NCBI GenBank assembly: GCA_035530515.1
Contig: DATKUO010000042.1
Span: 22,945 to 86,944 of the forward strand
DNA: 64,000 nucleotides
Direction: 5' to 3'
Origin: Bacteroidales bacterium
Lineage (GTDB): Bacteria > Bacteroidota > Bacteroidia > Bacteroidales > VadinHA17
Of this stretch, positions 28,808 through 38,405 are shown one piece after another. Within the stretch, counting starts at the first letter, position 1; every line of letters starts with the position of its first letter. The notes beneath the pieces are model-generated. The model had not been told where the DNA came from. It did no database searches and saw only the letters and a program-made list of their open reading frames with translations. Position numbers and translations under genes: made by a program.

Positions 28808-29386
28808 ATGATACTGGGTATATTAACATCAGGCGATTGGATAGCAATTTGTTCAATAGGTACAGTTGTTATTCTTGCATTTTTAGGTTTGCTCGGGAAA
28901 ATAATTTTTAAATGGGGAGCTCTGGATAAAGGTATTACAAGTCTTGAGGGGGTTCTGGATAAAGGTATTACAAGTCTTGATAGAAAATTTGATAAACTCG
29001 ATGAGAAATTTGATAAATTTATTCTCCAACCCCTTGCCACTAATAAAAGTCCTTTAAATCTTACCGAACCTGGTCGGAAAATATTTATTCGTTTAAAAAT
29101 TCAAGAGTTCGTCAAAGATAATACTGAGGAGATTTTCTTGAAAATGAAGGAAACAAAATATGAATCTGCTTATCAGGCCCAAGAAAAGCTTTTTGAGGTA
29201 GTCGACAGTTACAAAACAGGAAGATATCAAATTAACCTTGAGAACGAGGCTTTTGAAACAGGTCAGCATATTGACATATTAATGAAAGTTATTGCCATTG
29301 GAATCAGAAATGAAATATTTGCAAAACTTGGGTTAAAGGTGGAAGATATTGATAATAGCAAACCTACAGAGACTAAGACCCCATAA
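28808..29386 (+). CDS. Membrane-anchored coiled-coil hypothetical protein (cargo)
   Basis: N-terminal TM, heptad region LDKGITSL x2, then SPLNLT..G motif; has its own terminator at 29422-29448. Confidence 0.75.
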   Translation: MILGILTSGDWIAICSIGTVVILAFLGLLGKIIFKWGALDKGITSLEGVLDKGITSLDRKFDKLDEKFDKFILQPLATNKSPLNLTEPGRKIFIRLKIQEFVKDNTEEIFLKMKETKYESAYQAQEKLFEVVDSYKTGRYQINLENEAFETGQHIDILMKVIAIGIRNEIFAKLGLKVEDIDNSKPTETKTP

Positions 29387-29462
29387 AAGGGTATAACAAT
29401 GATATAAAACAGGTTGAAGATGCTCTGATTAATTCAGGGCCTTTTTTATGTAAAACAGGTCA

Positions 29463-29484
29463 ATATTTCCAATATGCTTCCAAT
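29463..29484 (+). promoter_or_regulatory. Tandem 11-bp repeat, candidate arm-type sites (right end)
   Basis: ATATTTCCAAT ATGCTTCCAAT, 54 bp from the core half-site. Confidence 0.7.
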
Positions 29485-29492
29485 TCAACAAT

Positions 29493-29527
29493 AAAAAAAC
29501 CCGTAAACGATTAGTTTACAGGTTTTT
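29493..29527 (-). terminator. Element-supplied terminator for tRNA-Met
   Basis: On the minus strand: AAAAACCTGTAAAC-taatc-GTTTACGGGTTTTTTT. Confidence 0.7.
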
Positions 29528-29542
29528 AGTTGTTGTTCTTTG

Positions 29543-29614
<72 letters not shown>

Positions 29615-29678
29615 ATATCGAGGGGCAAAGGTAGTACATTGAAAACAATTAACAAAACTATTTTAGAAAAAATTAAAA

Positions 29679-29757
29679 AGAGTCGGAAGTCCGGAGTCAG
29701 AAGTCCGAAGTATATTCTTCCAATTCTAGCAGCGTCCGTCTTCCGACTTCCGTCTTC
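29679..29757. repeat. Inverted heptamer (GAAGTCC-type) REP-like element
   Basis: gagtcggaagtccggagtcagaagtccgaag ... cgtcttccgacttccgtcttc; same unit as 8922-8942. Confidence 0.65.
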
Positions 29758-29852
29758 AATGCGAATTTGGATAATAATTACTAAGTTTGTCTGAACATTT
29801 GCTCTTTTAATGTTGTTCAAATTAATCAGATATCACCTTAAATCATACAACT

Positions 29853-30236
29853 ATGCCAAGGGTATTTAAAGCTACAGAAATTGAGAGAGAAGAAAAAGAG
29901 GTGAAACGCGACTATCTGGACAGGCATATGCCACATGTTTTTTGTCAGGATACAGTACAAAGTGGTGAGAAATTTGAAGTTAAGGTGAAGCTTGGAGAGG
30001 ATTATCCTCACCCCGATGAACATGACCATTTCATAAGCGTCATTCAACTCTGGAACAGGGAAACTCTTCTAGCTGAAGCAAGATATACTGCAGGAGTATA
30101 TGGTAATTTACCTTCCCATTTTGAAATTGATTTTTATATTGTTGCTCCCGAGGTATCAATGAATCTTTCAGCTATGGCCGTTTGTACTAAACACGGACTC
30201 TGGCAGAGTGAAGATAAACAGGTTAAAGTGGTATAG
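29853..30236 (+). CDS. Superoxide reductase-like (desulfoferrodoxin ferrous domain) protein
   Basis: RHMP, HPDEHDHFI and CTKHGLW metal ligands. Confidence 0.8.
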   Translation: MPRVFKATEIEREEKEVKRDYLDRHMPHVFCQDTVQSGEKFEVKVKLGEDYPHPDEHDHFISVIQLWNRETLLAEARYTAGVYGNLPSHFEIDFYIVAPEVSMNLSAMAVCTKHGLWQSEDKQVKVV

Positions 30237-30321
30237 CAGGGTAATATTCCTGTTTTTACTTCCGTTAGCTTAATAGATGATGCAGGATTATTATCTTTGC
30301 AGGCCTGTTATTTTATAAAGT

Positions 30322-31185
30322 ATGGCAAAAAACGATAAGAAAAAACGCAATTGGCGCGATAAATACAGATTTGCTGTATCAAACGATACCACTTTTGAGG
30401 AGGTCTGGAGGGTAAGATTAACACAATATAATGCTTTCCTCCTGATAACATTTCTGGTTATTTTTATTATTGGTGCTACAACTTCACTTATTGCTTTAAC
30501 AAATCTGAGGGAGTTTATCCCCGGATATCCTGATGTTACAATGCGACGTAATATTCTTATGAGCGCTATCCTTCTTGATTCTCTCGATCAGGAGCTTGCT
30601 AAACGTGATAGATATTTCGCTAACCTTAATGCAATAATATCTGGTAATAAGCCTGTTGAAATAACTGTTCGTCAGGATGCGTCAAAAAATTATAAAGAGA
30701 TAGAATTTAATTCTTCACCTGAAGATTCTGAGCTGCGGGCAAGGGTCGAAAATGAAGAACGGTATAACCTGACTCTCGGCCCATCATCTCCGGGATCAGT
30801 TACAAGTCTTGCAGGTCTGCATTTTTTTCCTCCTGTAAAAGGAATTATTTCAGGAAGGTTTGATGTCACAACAAAACATTTTGGAACTGACATTGTTACA
30901 CAGCCTAAGGCTGTTGTATCTTCTGCTCTTGATGGGACTGTTATCTTCACAGGTTGGACTATGGAGACAGGATTTGTTATTGAAGTTCAACATCCGAATA
31001 ATATTGTATCTGTCTATAAACATAATGCAAGTCTTCTAAAGGAGACAGGTGATCTTGTTCGCGCCGGCGAAGCCATTTCAGTTGTTGGTGACTCAGGTGA
31101 AATGTATACTTCTGGTCCTCATCTCCATTTTGAAATTTGGTACAAAGGAAGTCCTCTTGACCCTGAAAAACATATATTCTTCTAA
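30322..31185 (+). CDS. M23 family metallopeptidase
   Basis: HFGTD, YKHN and GPHLHFE; TATCTTTG box at 30292-30299. Confidence 0.92.
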   Translation: MAKNDKKKRNWRDKYRFAVSNDTTFEEVWRVRLTQYNAFLLITFLVIFIIGATTSLIALTNLREFIPGYPDVTMRRNILMSAILLDSLDQELAKRDRYFANLNAIISGNKPVEITVRQDASKNYKEIEFNSSPEDSELRARVENEERYNLTLGPSSPGSVTSLAGLHFFPPVKGIISGRFDVTTKHFGTDIVTQPKAVVSSALDGTVIFTGWTMETGFVIEVQHPNNIVSVYKHNASLLKETGDLVRAGEAISVVGDSGEMYTSGPHLHFEIWYKGSPLDPEKHIFF

Positions 31186-32366
31186 TGGTAAGGATACCGG
31201 ATATGCCAGAAAGAATTGCATTGTTAGGATCAACAGGATCAATCGGCTCACAGTCGTTGGATGTTATCTCCAGATTTCCCGGAGAGTTTATTGTTGAGGT
31301 CCTTATCGCTGGAAATAATGTTGATCTTCTGACTAAACAGGCAAAGCAGTTCCATCCTGACACAGTGGTTATTGGGAATGTTGACCATTATCATCAACTG
31401 AAAGAAAATCTTAAGGATACAAATGTCAAAGTATATGCTGGCAACAAAGCAATTGAACAGGTTGTGACCTCAACAAATGTTGATGTTGTTATAGCTTCTA
31501 TAGTGGGCTATTCAGGATTGAGACCCACCATAGCGGCAATTGAAGCAGGGAAGAAAATTGCATTGGCGAATAAAGAGACTCTTGTTGTAGCAGGAGAAAT
31601 TATTGGCAGGCTGGTTAAGGAATCGGGAAGTCGGATTATTCCTGTCGATTCAGAACATTCAGCAATTTTTCAGTGCCTGGTTGGTGAAGCAGGTAATCCC
31701 ATAGAGAAAATTACTCTGACAGCTTCCGGTGGTCCATTCCTCAGCTGGACTGGGGAGATGTTGAAAAATATAAAGCCTGTGGATGCTCTGAAACACCCAA
31801 ACTGGGATATGGGTAGTAAGATCACAATCGATTCAGCCTCACTCATGAATAAAGGCCTTGAGGTGATTGAAGCAAAATGGCTTTTCGACCTTTCACCAGA
31901 ACAAATTTCTGTTATAATACATCCGCAATCGGTAATTCATTCATTTGTTCATTTTGCTGATGGATCAGTAAAAGCTCAATTGGGAGTGCCCGATATGAGA
32001 GTACCTATTCTTTATGCTCTGACCTATCCCGACCGACTGAAATCTGACCTGCCACGACTCAAATTGAATGAATATAAAACTCTTACTTTCAATGAGCCGG
32101 ACATAAAAAATTTTCGTAATCTTTCACTTGCCTATGATGCTTTAAAGGAGGGAGGGAATATGCCCTGCATCTTAAATGCAGCTAATGAAATGGCTGTTGA
32201 AGCATTCCTTTCTGAGGAAATTGATTTCATGCAGATGCCTGATGTTGTAGAATATACAATGGAATCCGCCTTGTATTCAAATAAACCTGATCTTGATTTT
32301 CTTGAAGTTACTGATGGTAACGCAAGGAAGATAGCAAAAACTTATATTAATAAACTTCATAAATAA
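31185..32366 (+). CDS. dxr: 1-deoxy-D-xylulose 5-phosphate reductoisomerase
   Basis: LLGSTGSIG, LANKE, PVDSEHSA, HPNWDMG and NKGLEVIEA. Confidence 0.97.
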   Translation: MVRIPDMPERIALLGSTGSIGSQSLDVISRFPGEFIVEVLIAGNNVDLLTKQAKQFHPDTVVIGNVDHYHQLKENLKDTNVKVYAGNKAIEQVVTSTNVDVVIASIVGYSGLRPTIAAIEAGKKIALANKETLVVAGEIIGRLVKESGSRIIPVDSEHSAIFQCLVGEAGNPIEKITLTASGGPFLSWTGEMLKNIKPVDALKHPNWDMGSKITIDSASLMNKGLEVIEAKWLFDLSPEQISVIIHPQSVIHSFVHFADGSVKAQLGVPDMRVPILYALTYPDRLKSDLPRLKLNEYKTLTFNEPDIKNFRNLSLAYDALKEGGNMPCILNAANEMAVEAFLSEEIDFMQMPDVVEYTMESALYSNKPDLDFLEVTDGNARKIAKTYINKLHK

Positions 32367-32368
32367 AG

Positions 32369-33703
32369 ATGACTATACTAATAAAAATACTACAGTTTAT
32401 TTTGAGCCTCTCTATTCTGGTAATAATCCATGAATTAGGACATTTTGCACTGGCCAAGCTATTTAAAACGAGGGTTGAAAAATTTTACCTGTTCTTCGAT
32501 CCATGGTTTTCACTATTTAAATATAAAAAGGGTGAAACTGAATATGGTATTGGATGGCTCCCTCTTGGCGGTTATGTAAAGATTTCAGGGATGATCGATG
32601 AATCGATGGACAAGGAACAGATGAAACTACCTCCCCAGCCTTATGAGTTCAGGTCGAAGACATCATGGCAGCGACTTCTGATAATGACAGGAGGAGTGGT
32701 CTTCAATTTTATTTCCGCGATGTTGATATATGTTTTTGTGCTTTTTGCATGGGGCGAGACATACCTTCCAACAGCAAATGTTAAATATGGTATTGTAACT
32801 GACTCAGTCGGATATGAAATAGGACTCAGAAACGGTGACAAAATAATTACTATCGACAATCAGCATGTTGAGGATTTTCTTCAGATAACCGGCGATATTG
32901 TATTGAATAACCGCAAAACAATACAGGTTGAACGCGATGGGAACCTCTTAAATATTGAAATTCCAAAACAATATATCCCACAAATGATTAAGGGGAAAGG
33001 CCATATTAGCTACCGGACACCGTTCAGTCCGATGCTAATAAAAACTTTTGGAAAGGAATCTCTGGCCAAAAATGCTGGTGTACTTCCAGGTGATGAAATT
33101 ACTGGTATCGACAGTCTGCAATTTAAGTATTCCGATGAGTTTCAGAGTTACTTACTTCAAAACAGATCCAGACAGATAGTGTTGAATGTATTACGTAATG
33201 GTAATATGGAGAATATTGCTGTGACTCCGAATAGTGCAGGATTGCTTGGAATAAGCTATGCCGGACGAGCGCTGGATCAGGTATTTGATCTAAAAACTAT
33301 AAAATATGGGTTTTTGGAATCATTCCCCGCAGGTATTAATATGGGATTCAAGACAATTGGCGATTACCTTAAACAATTTAAACTCCTCTTTTCAAAAGAT
33401 TCAAAAGCCTACGAATCATTAGGTGGTTTTATCACTATCGGCAATATATTCCCCGGGGTTTGGGATTGGCAAAAGTTCTGGATACTGACAGCATTCCTCT
33501 CTATAATTCTTGCAGTCATGAATATTCTTCCTATACCAGCTCTCGATGGTGGGCATGTTATGTTTTTACTATTTGAGGTAATAACCGATCGAAAGCCAAG
33601 TGATAAATTTCTAGAATATGCACAGATAGCAGGTATGATAATACTATTTTCACTTCTTCTTTTTGCCAACGGAAATGATATTCTGAGGCTTATTAGGAAG
33701 TAG
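32369..33703 (+). CDS. rseP: RIP metalloprotease RseP
   Basis: HELGH, PLGGYV, PDZ domains, NILPIPALDGG; follows dxr. Confidence 0.95.
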   Translation: MTILIKILQFILSLSILVIIHELGHFALAKLFKTRVEKFYLFFDPWFSLFKYKKGETEYGIGWLPLGGYVKISGMIDESMDKEQMKLPPQPYEFRSKTSWQRLLIMTGGVVFNFISAMLIYVFVLFAWGETYLPTANVKYGIVTDSVGYEIGLRNGDKIITIDNQHVEDFLQITGDIVLNNRKTIQVERDGNLLNIEIPKQYIPQMIKGKGHISYRTPFSPMLIKTFGKESLAKNAGVLPGDEITGIDSLQFKYSDEFQSYLLQNRSRQIVLNVLRNGNMENIAVTPNSAGLLGISYAGRALDQVFDLKTIKYGFLESFPAGINMGFKTIGDYLKQFKLLFSKDSKAYESLGGFITIGNIFPGVWDWQKFWILTAFLSIILAVMNILPIPALDGGHVMFLLFEVITDRKPSDKFLEYAQIAGMIILFSLLLFANGNDILRLIRK

Positions 33704-33775
33704 AATTTATTTTTATCATGGCTTGTAAATATTTAAAGTATTTATACCTTTGCATAAATTCTAATACTAAAGAAG

Positions 33776-33952
33776 ATGGGAAAGTTAGGTTTAACAGAGA
33801 TAATTCTGATATTACTTGTAGTAGTTCTGCTTTTTGGTGGCCGTAAGATTCCTGAACTTATGAAAGGAATTGGTCAGGGAATGAAAGAATTTAAGAAAGC
33901 TTCAAAATTTGATACTGCAGAGGAGAATAAAGATCTGACGGGTAAGGACTAA
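33776..33952 (+). CDS. tatA: Twin-arginine translocase TatA/E (58 aa; not in ORF track)
   Basis: [50 protein letters not shown] at 33745-33752. Confidence 0.93.
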   Translation: MGKLGLTEIILILLVVVLLFGGRKIPELMKGIGQGMKEFKKASKFDTAEENKDLTGKD

Positions 33953-33974
33953 TTTTTTTATTAAGATATAAGGG

Positions 33975-34000
33975 GAGATCTGCATGAAGATGCAGGTCTC
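33975..34000. terminator. Hairpin between convergent tatA and mqnC
   Basis: GAGATCTGCAT-gaag-ATGCAGGTCTC. Confidence 0.6.
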
Positions 34001-34005
34001 TTGCT

Positions 34006-35094
34006 TTATTCCATAAGCTCATATTTCTGATTTCTTCTGACTGGAATAAATCCGGATTCTTTTATTATCGCTTGCATCTCACTGGCATTAAACCTGTTGG
34101 TCGATCCGGCTGCGCTTACTACATTCTCCTCAATCATTATAGAACCCAGATCGTTAGCCCCGGCATGGAGCGACAACATTCCGACCTCTTTCCCTACTGT
34201 AAGTATTGAGGCTTGTATATTCCTTATGTTATTCAGTAATATACGACTTATGGCGATTATGCGGAGATAGTCGGGTCCGTTGTAGCTGCTACTGATGCCA
34301 TGTTTCTGTAAAAGAACTGTTCCTTCATCCTGAAATGGCCATGGGATAAAGGTTATAAATCCATAATGGCTGTGAGGTTTCCCATCCTGGAGATCCCTCA
34401 ACCGGATAAGATGTTCAATCCTTTCATCGATTGTTTCTATATGGCCATACATCATAGTGGCAGAAGTAGGCAGGTTTAATATGTGGGCTTCTCTCATCAC
34501 CTCAAGCCATTCTGCCGAGGTTGCTTTTGCAGGAGATACTATTTTTCTGACACGGTCGGAGAGAATCTCTGAACCTGCACCCGGCAGACTGTCAAGACCC
34601 GCTTCTATCAGTTGTGAAAGCACATCATTGAATGATAACTGCTCTTTATTTGCCAGGAATACAATTTCAGGGGGGCCTAGTGCATGCAGCTTTATTGAAG
34701 GGTATAGCCTTTTCAGATTTTTAAAAAGATCAATATAGAATCCGATGCCTAGGTCCGGATTCATCCCTCCCTGTAAAAGAAGCTGATCACCACCTAAAGA
34801 GTATAGTTCATCAATTTTGCTTATATAGTCATTTATCGAGGTGATGTATGTATCAACAGATCCTTTTTTCCTGCAAAAATTACAAAATGAGCATTGGGAA
34901 ATACAAACATTGGTAATATTAACATTTCTGTCGATCATCCAACCTACATTATTACCAGGATTATGTAAATGTCTGAGGTTATTGGCAACATACATCAGCT
35001 CCTCAAGAGGAGCGTTTTTATAAAGAGCAACTCCCTCCTTCGCATTCAATGGAATGAGTCCGAGAGCTTTCTCATATAATCGTTGTAAAACCAT
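34006..35094 (-). CDS. mqnC: CofH/MqnC-family radical SAM (cyclic dehypoxanthine futalosine synthase)
   Basis: DRNVNITNVC..QCSFC, LQGG, PGAGSEIL, FIPWPFQ and GANDLGSIMIEENVVSAAG; start taken at MVLQRL. Confidence 0.85.
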   Translation of the reverse strand: MVLQRLYEKALGLIPLNAKEGVALYKNAPLEELMYVANNLRHLHNPGNNVGWMIDRNVNITNVCISQCSFCNFCRKKGSVDTYITSINDYISKIDELYSLGGDQLLLQGGMNPDLGIGFYIDLFKNLKRLYPSIKLHALGPPEIVFLANKEQLSFNDVLSQLIEAGLDSLPGAGSEILSDRVRKIVSPAKATSAEWLEVMREAHILNLPTSATMMYGHIETIDERIEHLIRLRDLQDGKPHSHYGFITFIPWPFQDEGTVLLQKHGISSSYNGPDYLRIIAISRILLNNIRNIQASILTVGKEVGMLSLHAGANDLGSIMIEENVVSAAGSTNRFNASEMQAIIKESGFIPVRRNQKYELME

Positions 35095-35238
35095 AGATCT
35101 TAACAAATTATTATAATTCTTGCATACATTAAAGTAGCTATCTAACTTTTGGATTATTAAGACAAAGGTAAGGCTTTGAAAATGAAACATTCAATATTTT
35201 AATTAACTTTACGTCTTCAAAAATCTCATGAATATAAT

Positions 35239-36696
35239 ATGAAGCCAGAAATTTTTAAAATATCACAAATAGCACCTGGTCAGTCAGTTATATGTATAAT
35301 TGGAAGTGATCATGTTCCTGAAAGATTGGCACTCAGTAAATCAGAAAAGGAATTTGCTCAAAAACAGCTTCAGGCGAAGGGAAAATATGTTTATCTTAAT
35401 TCTTATAATAAGTTCACTTATCTGATAAGGCTGAAAGAGGAGGCAAGTCATTATAAAACCAGGGAAAAACTTCGCAAAACTTCTTATAGTTTGAGGGACC
35501 AGATAAAAGCTAATAACCTTTCAGATCTGGTAATTACTTCTGAAGATGTTTATAATGGAGCTATTGAAGATTTTGTTGAAGGATTTCTTTTAAGCATCTA
35601 TTCGTTCGAAAAGTACAAGACAATAAGAGAAGAGGATGCCAGGCAAAAATATCCATCAAAACTTCTTCTATATGGTGATATAGATGATTCAGCTGTTAAG
35701 TGGCTTCATGATCTTACTGATGCAGTATATTTTACGCGCGATCTGATTAATGAACCTGTTAACCATTTAAATGCTACAGCTCTGGCCAGGGAGATAAAAA
35801 AAATCGGAGATTTGGCCGGATTTAATGTTGAAGTGTTAACTAAGGGTAAAATTGAGGCGCTTAAAATGGGAGGACTTCTTGCCGTAAACAAAGGAAGTGT
35901 TGACCCTCCGGTTTTCTGTATCCTTGAGTGGCACCCCGATAACTGCCTTAATAAGAAGCCTATTATACTGGTTGGTAAAGGAGTAGTGTACGATACAGGA
36001 GGGTTAAATCTTAAAACAGGCGATTATATGGCCGGTATGAATGGAGATATGGCTGGTGCTGCTGTTGTTACAGGTGTCTTATATACAATGGCCATGGCAG
36101 GTATCCCTCTTCATATAATTGGATTGGTTCCTTCAACGGATAACCGGCCGGGCGGAAATGCATATTTACAGGGCGACATTATAACAATGCATAATAAATT
36201 GACAGTTGAAGTTGGTAATACCGATGCTGAAGGAAGACTTATTTTGGCCGATGCTATTAGTTATTCATCAAAATATTCCCCTGAACTTATAATTGATATT
36301 GCTACTCTGACTGGATCAGCAGCAATGACCTTTGGAAATCAGGCAATTGCTGTGATGACCAATGCAAATAGAAAATATATCAAACTCCTGGATGAATCTG
36401 GCAATGAGGTATATGAAAGAATTGCAGAATTACCACTCTGGGACGAATATGGTGATTTGCTGAAATCTGATATCGCTGATCTGAAAAATATTGGTGGCCG
36501 TGAAGCAGGAGCTATTACGGCCGGGAAGTTCCTTGAACGATTTGCAGAATTCCCATTAATACATTTGGATATTGCCGGAACGGAGATGTTGAAAAAGGAT
36601 GATTCTTATAGGTTAAAGAATGGAGCCGGATCAGGTCTCAGGCTCCTTTCAACCTTTTTGAGAAAGGTTGCAGCCAACTATAAAGAAAAGAAATAA
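35239..36696 (+). CDS. pepA: Leucyl aminopeptidase (M17)
   Basis: VGKGVVYDTGG, NTDAEGRL, DIATLTG and HLDIAG. Confidence 0.93.
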   Translation: MKPEIFKISQIAPGQSVICIIGSDHVPERLALSKSEKEFAQKQLQAKGKYVYLNSYNKFTYLIRLKEEASHYKTREKLRKTSYSLRDQIKANNLSDLVITSEDVYNGAIEDFVEGFLLSIYSFEKYKTIREEDARQKYPSKLLLYGDIDDSAVKWLHDLTDAVYFTRDLINEPVNHLNATALAREIKKIGDLAGFNVEVLTKGKIEALKMGGLLAVNKGSVDPPVFCILEWHPDNCLNKKPIILVGKGVVYDTGGLNLKTGDYMAGMNGDMAGAAVVTGVLYTMAMAGIPLHIIGLVPSTDNRPGGNAYLQGDIITMHNKLTVEVGNTDAEGRLILADAISYSSKYSPELIIDIATLTGSAAMTFGNQAIAVMTNANRKYIKLLDESGNEVYERIAELPLWDEYGDLLKSDIADLKNIGGREAGAITAGKFLERFAEFPLIHLDIAGTEMLKKDDSYRLKNGAGSGLRLLSTFLRKVAANYKEKK

Positions 36697-36702
36697 TTAT
36701 TT

Positions 36703-37803
36703 ATGGAAAAGAAAACAATAATTGCCGGCATCTCTCATGGAGATATTAATGGTATTGGATATGAGGTTATTATTAAGGCTCTCTCGGATCCTGTTATAAA
36801 TGATATTTGCATACCAGTTGTATATGGCTCTCCAAAAGTAGCAGCATATCACCGTAAAGCATTGAATGTTAATAATTTCAGCTTTAATAATATCCGAACG
36901 GCTGATGAAGCTCATGCAAAGAAGATTAATATGATCAATTGTCTTGATGATAATGTCAGGGTTGAACTTGGTAAGTCAACACCACAGGGGGGAGAGGCCG
37001 CACTTATCTCTCTTGAAAGAGCTGTTGAAGATCTGAAAGGCGGTAAAATAGATGTTCTTATTACTGCACCTATTGATAAACAAAATGTTCAATCTGAAAA
37101 TTTTAATTTCAAAGGGCATACAGAGTATCTTAAATCGGAAGCAGGTGTTGATGAGGTTCTCATGTTCATGATCGGGGAGAGTATGAGAATTGGTATTGCA
37201 ACGGGGCATGTACCTCTCAGGGAAGTTTCAGATCTTATAACTATTGAATCACTTTTAAGTAAAATGAGATTGATGAATCAATCTCTTATCCTTGATTTTG
37301 GAATCCGTAAACCAAAAATAGCAATACTTGGACTTAACCCACATGCGGGTGATAATTCTCTGCTGGGAACAGAAGAAGTTGAAATTATTATTCCGGCAAT
37401 TCAACAGGCTCAGAAAGAAGGGATTCTGGCCTTTGGTACTTTCGCGGCTGACGGCTTTTTCGGGGCTGGATCATTTACTAAATTCGATGGGATACTCGCA
37501 ATGTACCATGATCAGGGTCTCACTCCATTTAAAGCATTATCGTTCGATTCAGGAGTTAATTTCACTGCAGGATTACCTTTTGTCAGAACTTCCCCCGTTC
37601 ATGGAACAGCATTTGCAATTGCAGGACGAGGAGAAGCATCTGAAAATTCATTCCGTCAGGCCATTTATCTTGCATGCGACATTTTCAGAAACAGGCAGAT
37701 TTACTCAGAAATATCGCAAAATCCTTTGAAGCATCAGGATATCGAGTTTCATAGTGACAGGGTTGATGAACTGCCTCCGGATATTAATAATGTCGAACAG
37801 TAA
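36703..37803 (+). CDS. pdxA: 4-hydroxythreonine-4-phosphate dehydrogenase
   Basis: GDINGIGYE, GHTEYL, LNPHAG, MYHDQG and RTSPVHGTA. Confidence 0.95.
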   Translation: MEKKTIIAGISHGDINGIGYEVIIKALSDPVINDICIPVVYGSPKVAAYHRKALNVNNFSFNNIRTADEAHAKKINMINCLDDNVRVELGKSTPQGGEAALISLERAVEDLKGGKIDVLITAPIDKQNVQSENFNFKGHTEYLKSEAGVDEVLMFMIGESMRIGIATGHVPLREVSDLITIESLLSKMRLMNQSLILDFGIRKPKIAILGLNPHAGDNSLLGTEEVEIIIPAIQQAQKEGILAFGTFAADGFFGAGSFTKFDGILAMYHDQGLTPFKALSFDSGVNFTAGLPFVRTSPVHGTAFAIAGRGEASENSFRQAIYLACDIFRNRQIYSEISQNPLKHQDIEFHSDRVDELPPDINNVEQ

Positions 37804-37805
37804 TT

Positions 37806-38387
37806 ATGATTGATTATATTAAAGGTGACATAATACAGATCACTCCAATGTTTCTGATTATTGAAACAGCGGGTGTCGGCTATTTTATAAATATTTCACT
37901 TACCACATTTTCCAGCCTTGAAGGCAAGAAAGATTATAAAGTTCTTGTTCATGAGGTTATAAGGGAGGACAGTCACCTGCTTTTCGGATTTGCCGATAGT
38001 GTGGAACGTGATATTTTTAAGCTACTGATTTCTGTTAGTGGTGTCGGCGCAAACACTGCAAGGATGATGCTTTCTTCCCTGAGCCCGGGTGAACTTGAGA
38101 AAGCAATTGTTGTTTCAGATGTTGATATTCTTAAGAGTATAAAAGGAATTGGACTAAAAACCGCTCAGAGGATAATTGTTGACCTGAAAGATAAACTGGG
38201 GAAACAGGCTGGAAGTGATGAAATATTTGCCTTTTCAGACAATACAATCCGGGATGAGGCGTTATCTGCTTTAGTAATGCTTGGGTTTGCCAAAAGCACT
38301 GTCTTTAAAGTCCTTGATAAAATAGTCAGAGAAGAAAAAAATCTGACAGTTGAGGATTTAATTAAGAGAGCGCTTAAAAACTTGTAA
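37806..38387 (+). CDS. ruvA: Holliday junction branch migration protein RuvA
   Basis: REDSHLLFGF, VSGVG, GIGLKTAQRI and ALVMLGF. Confidence 0.96.
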   Translation: MIDYIKGDIIQITPMFLIIETAGVGYFINISLTTFSSLEGKKDYKVLVHEVIREDSHLLFGFADSVERDIFKLLISVSGVGANTARMMLSSLSPGELEKAIVVSDVDILKSIKGIGLKTAQRIIVDLKDKLGKQAGSDEIFAFSDNTIRDEALSALVMLGFAKSTVFKVLDKIVREEKNLTVEDLIKRALKNL

Positions 38388-38405
38388 TTCTGAATTTAAG
38401 CCGGA

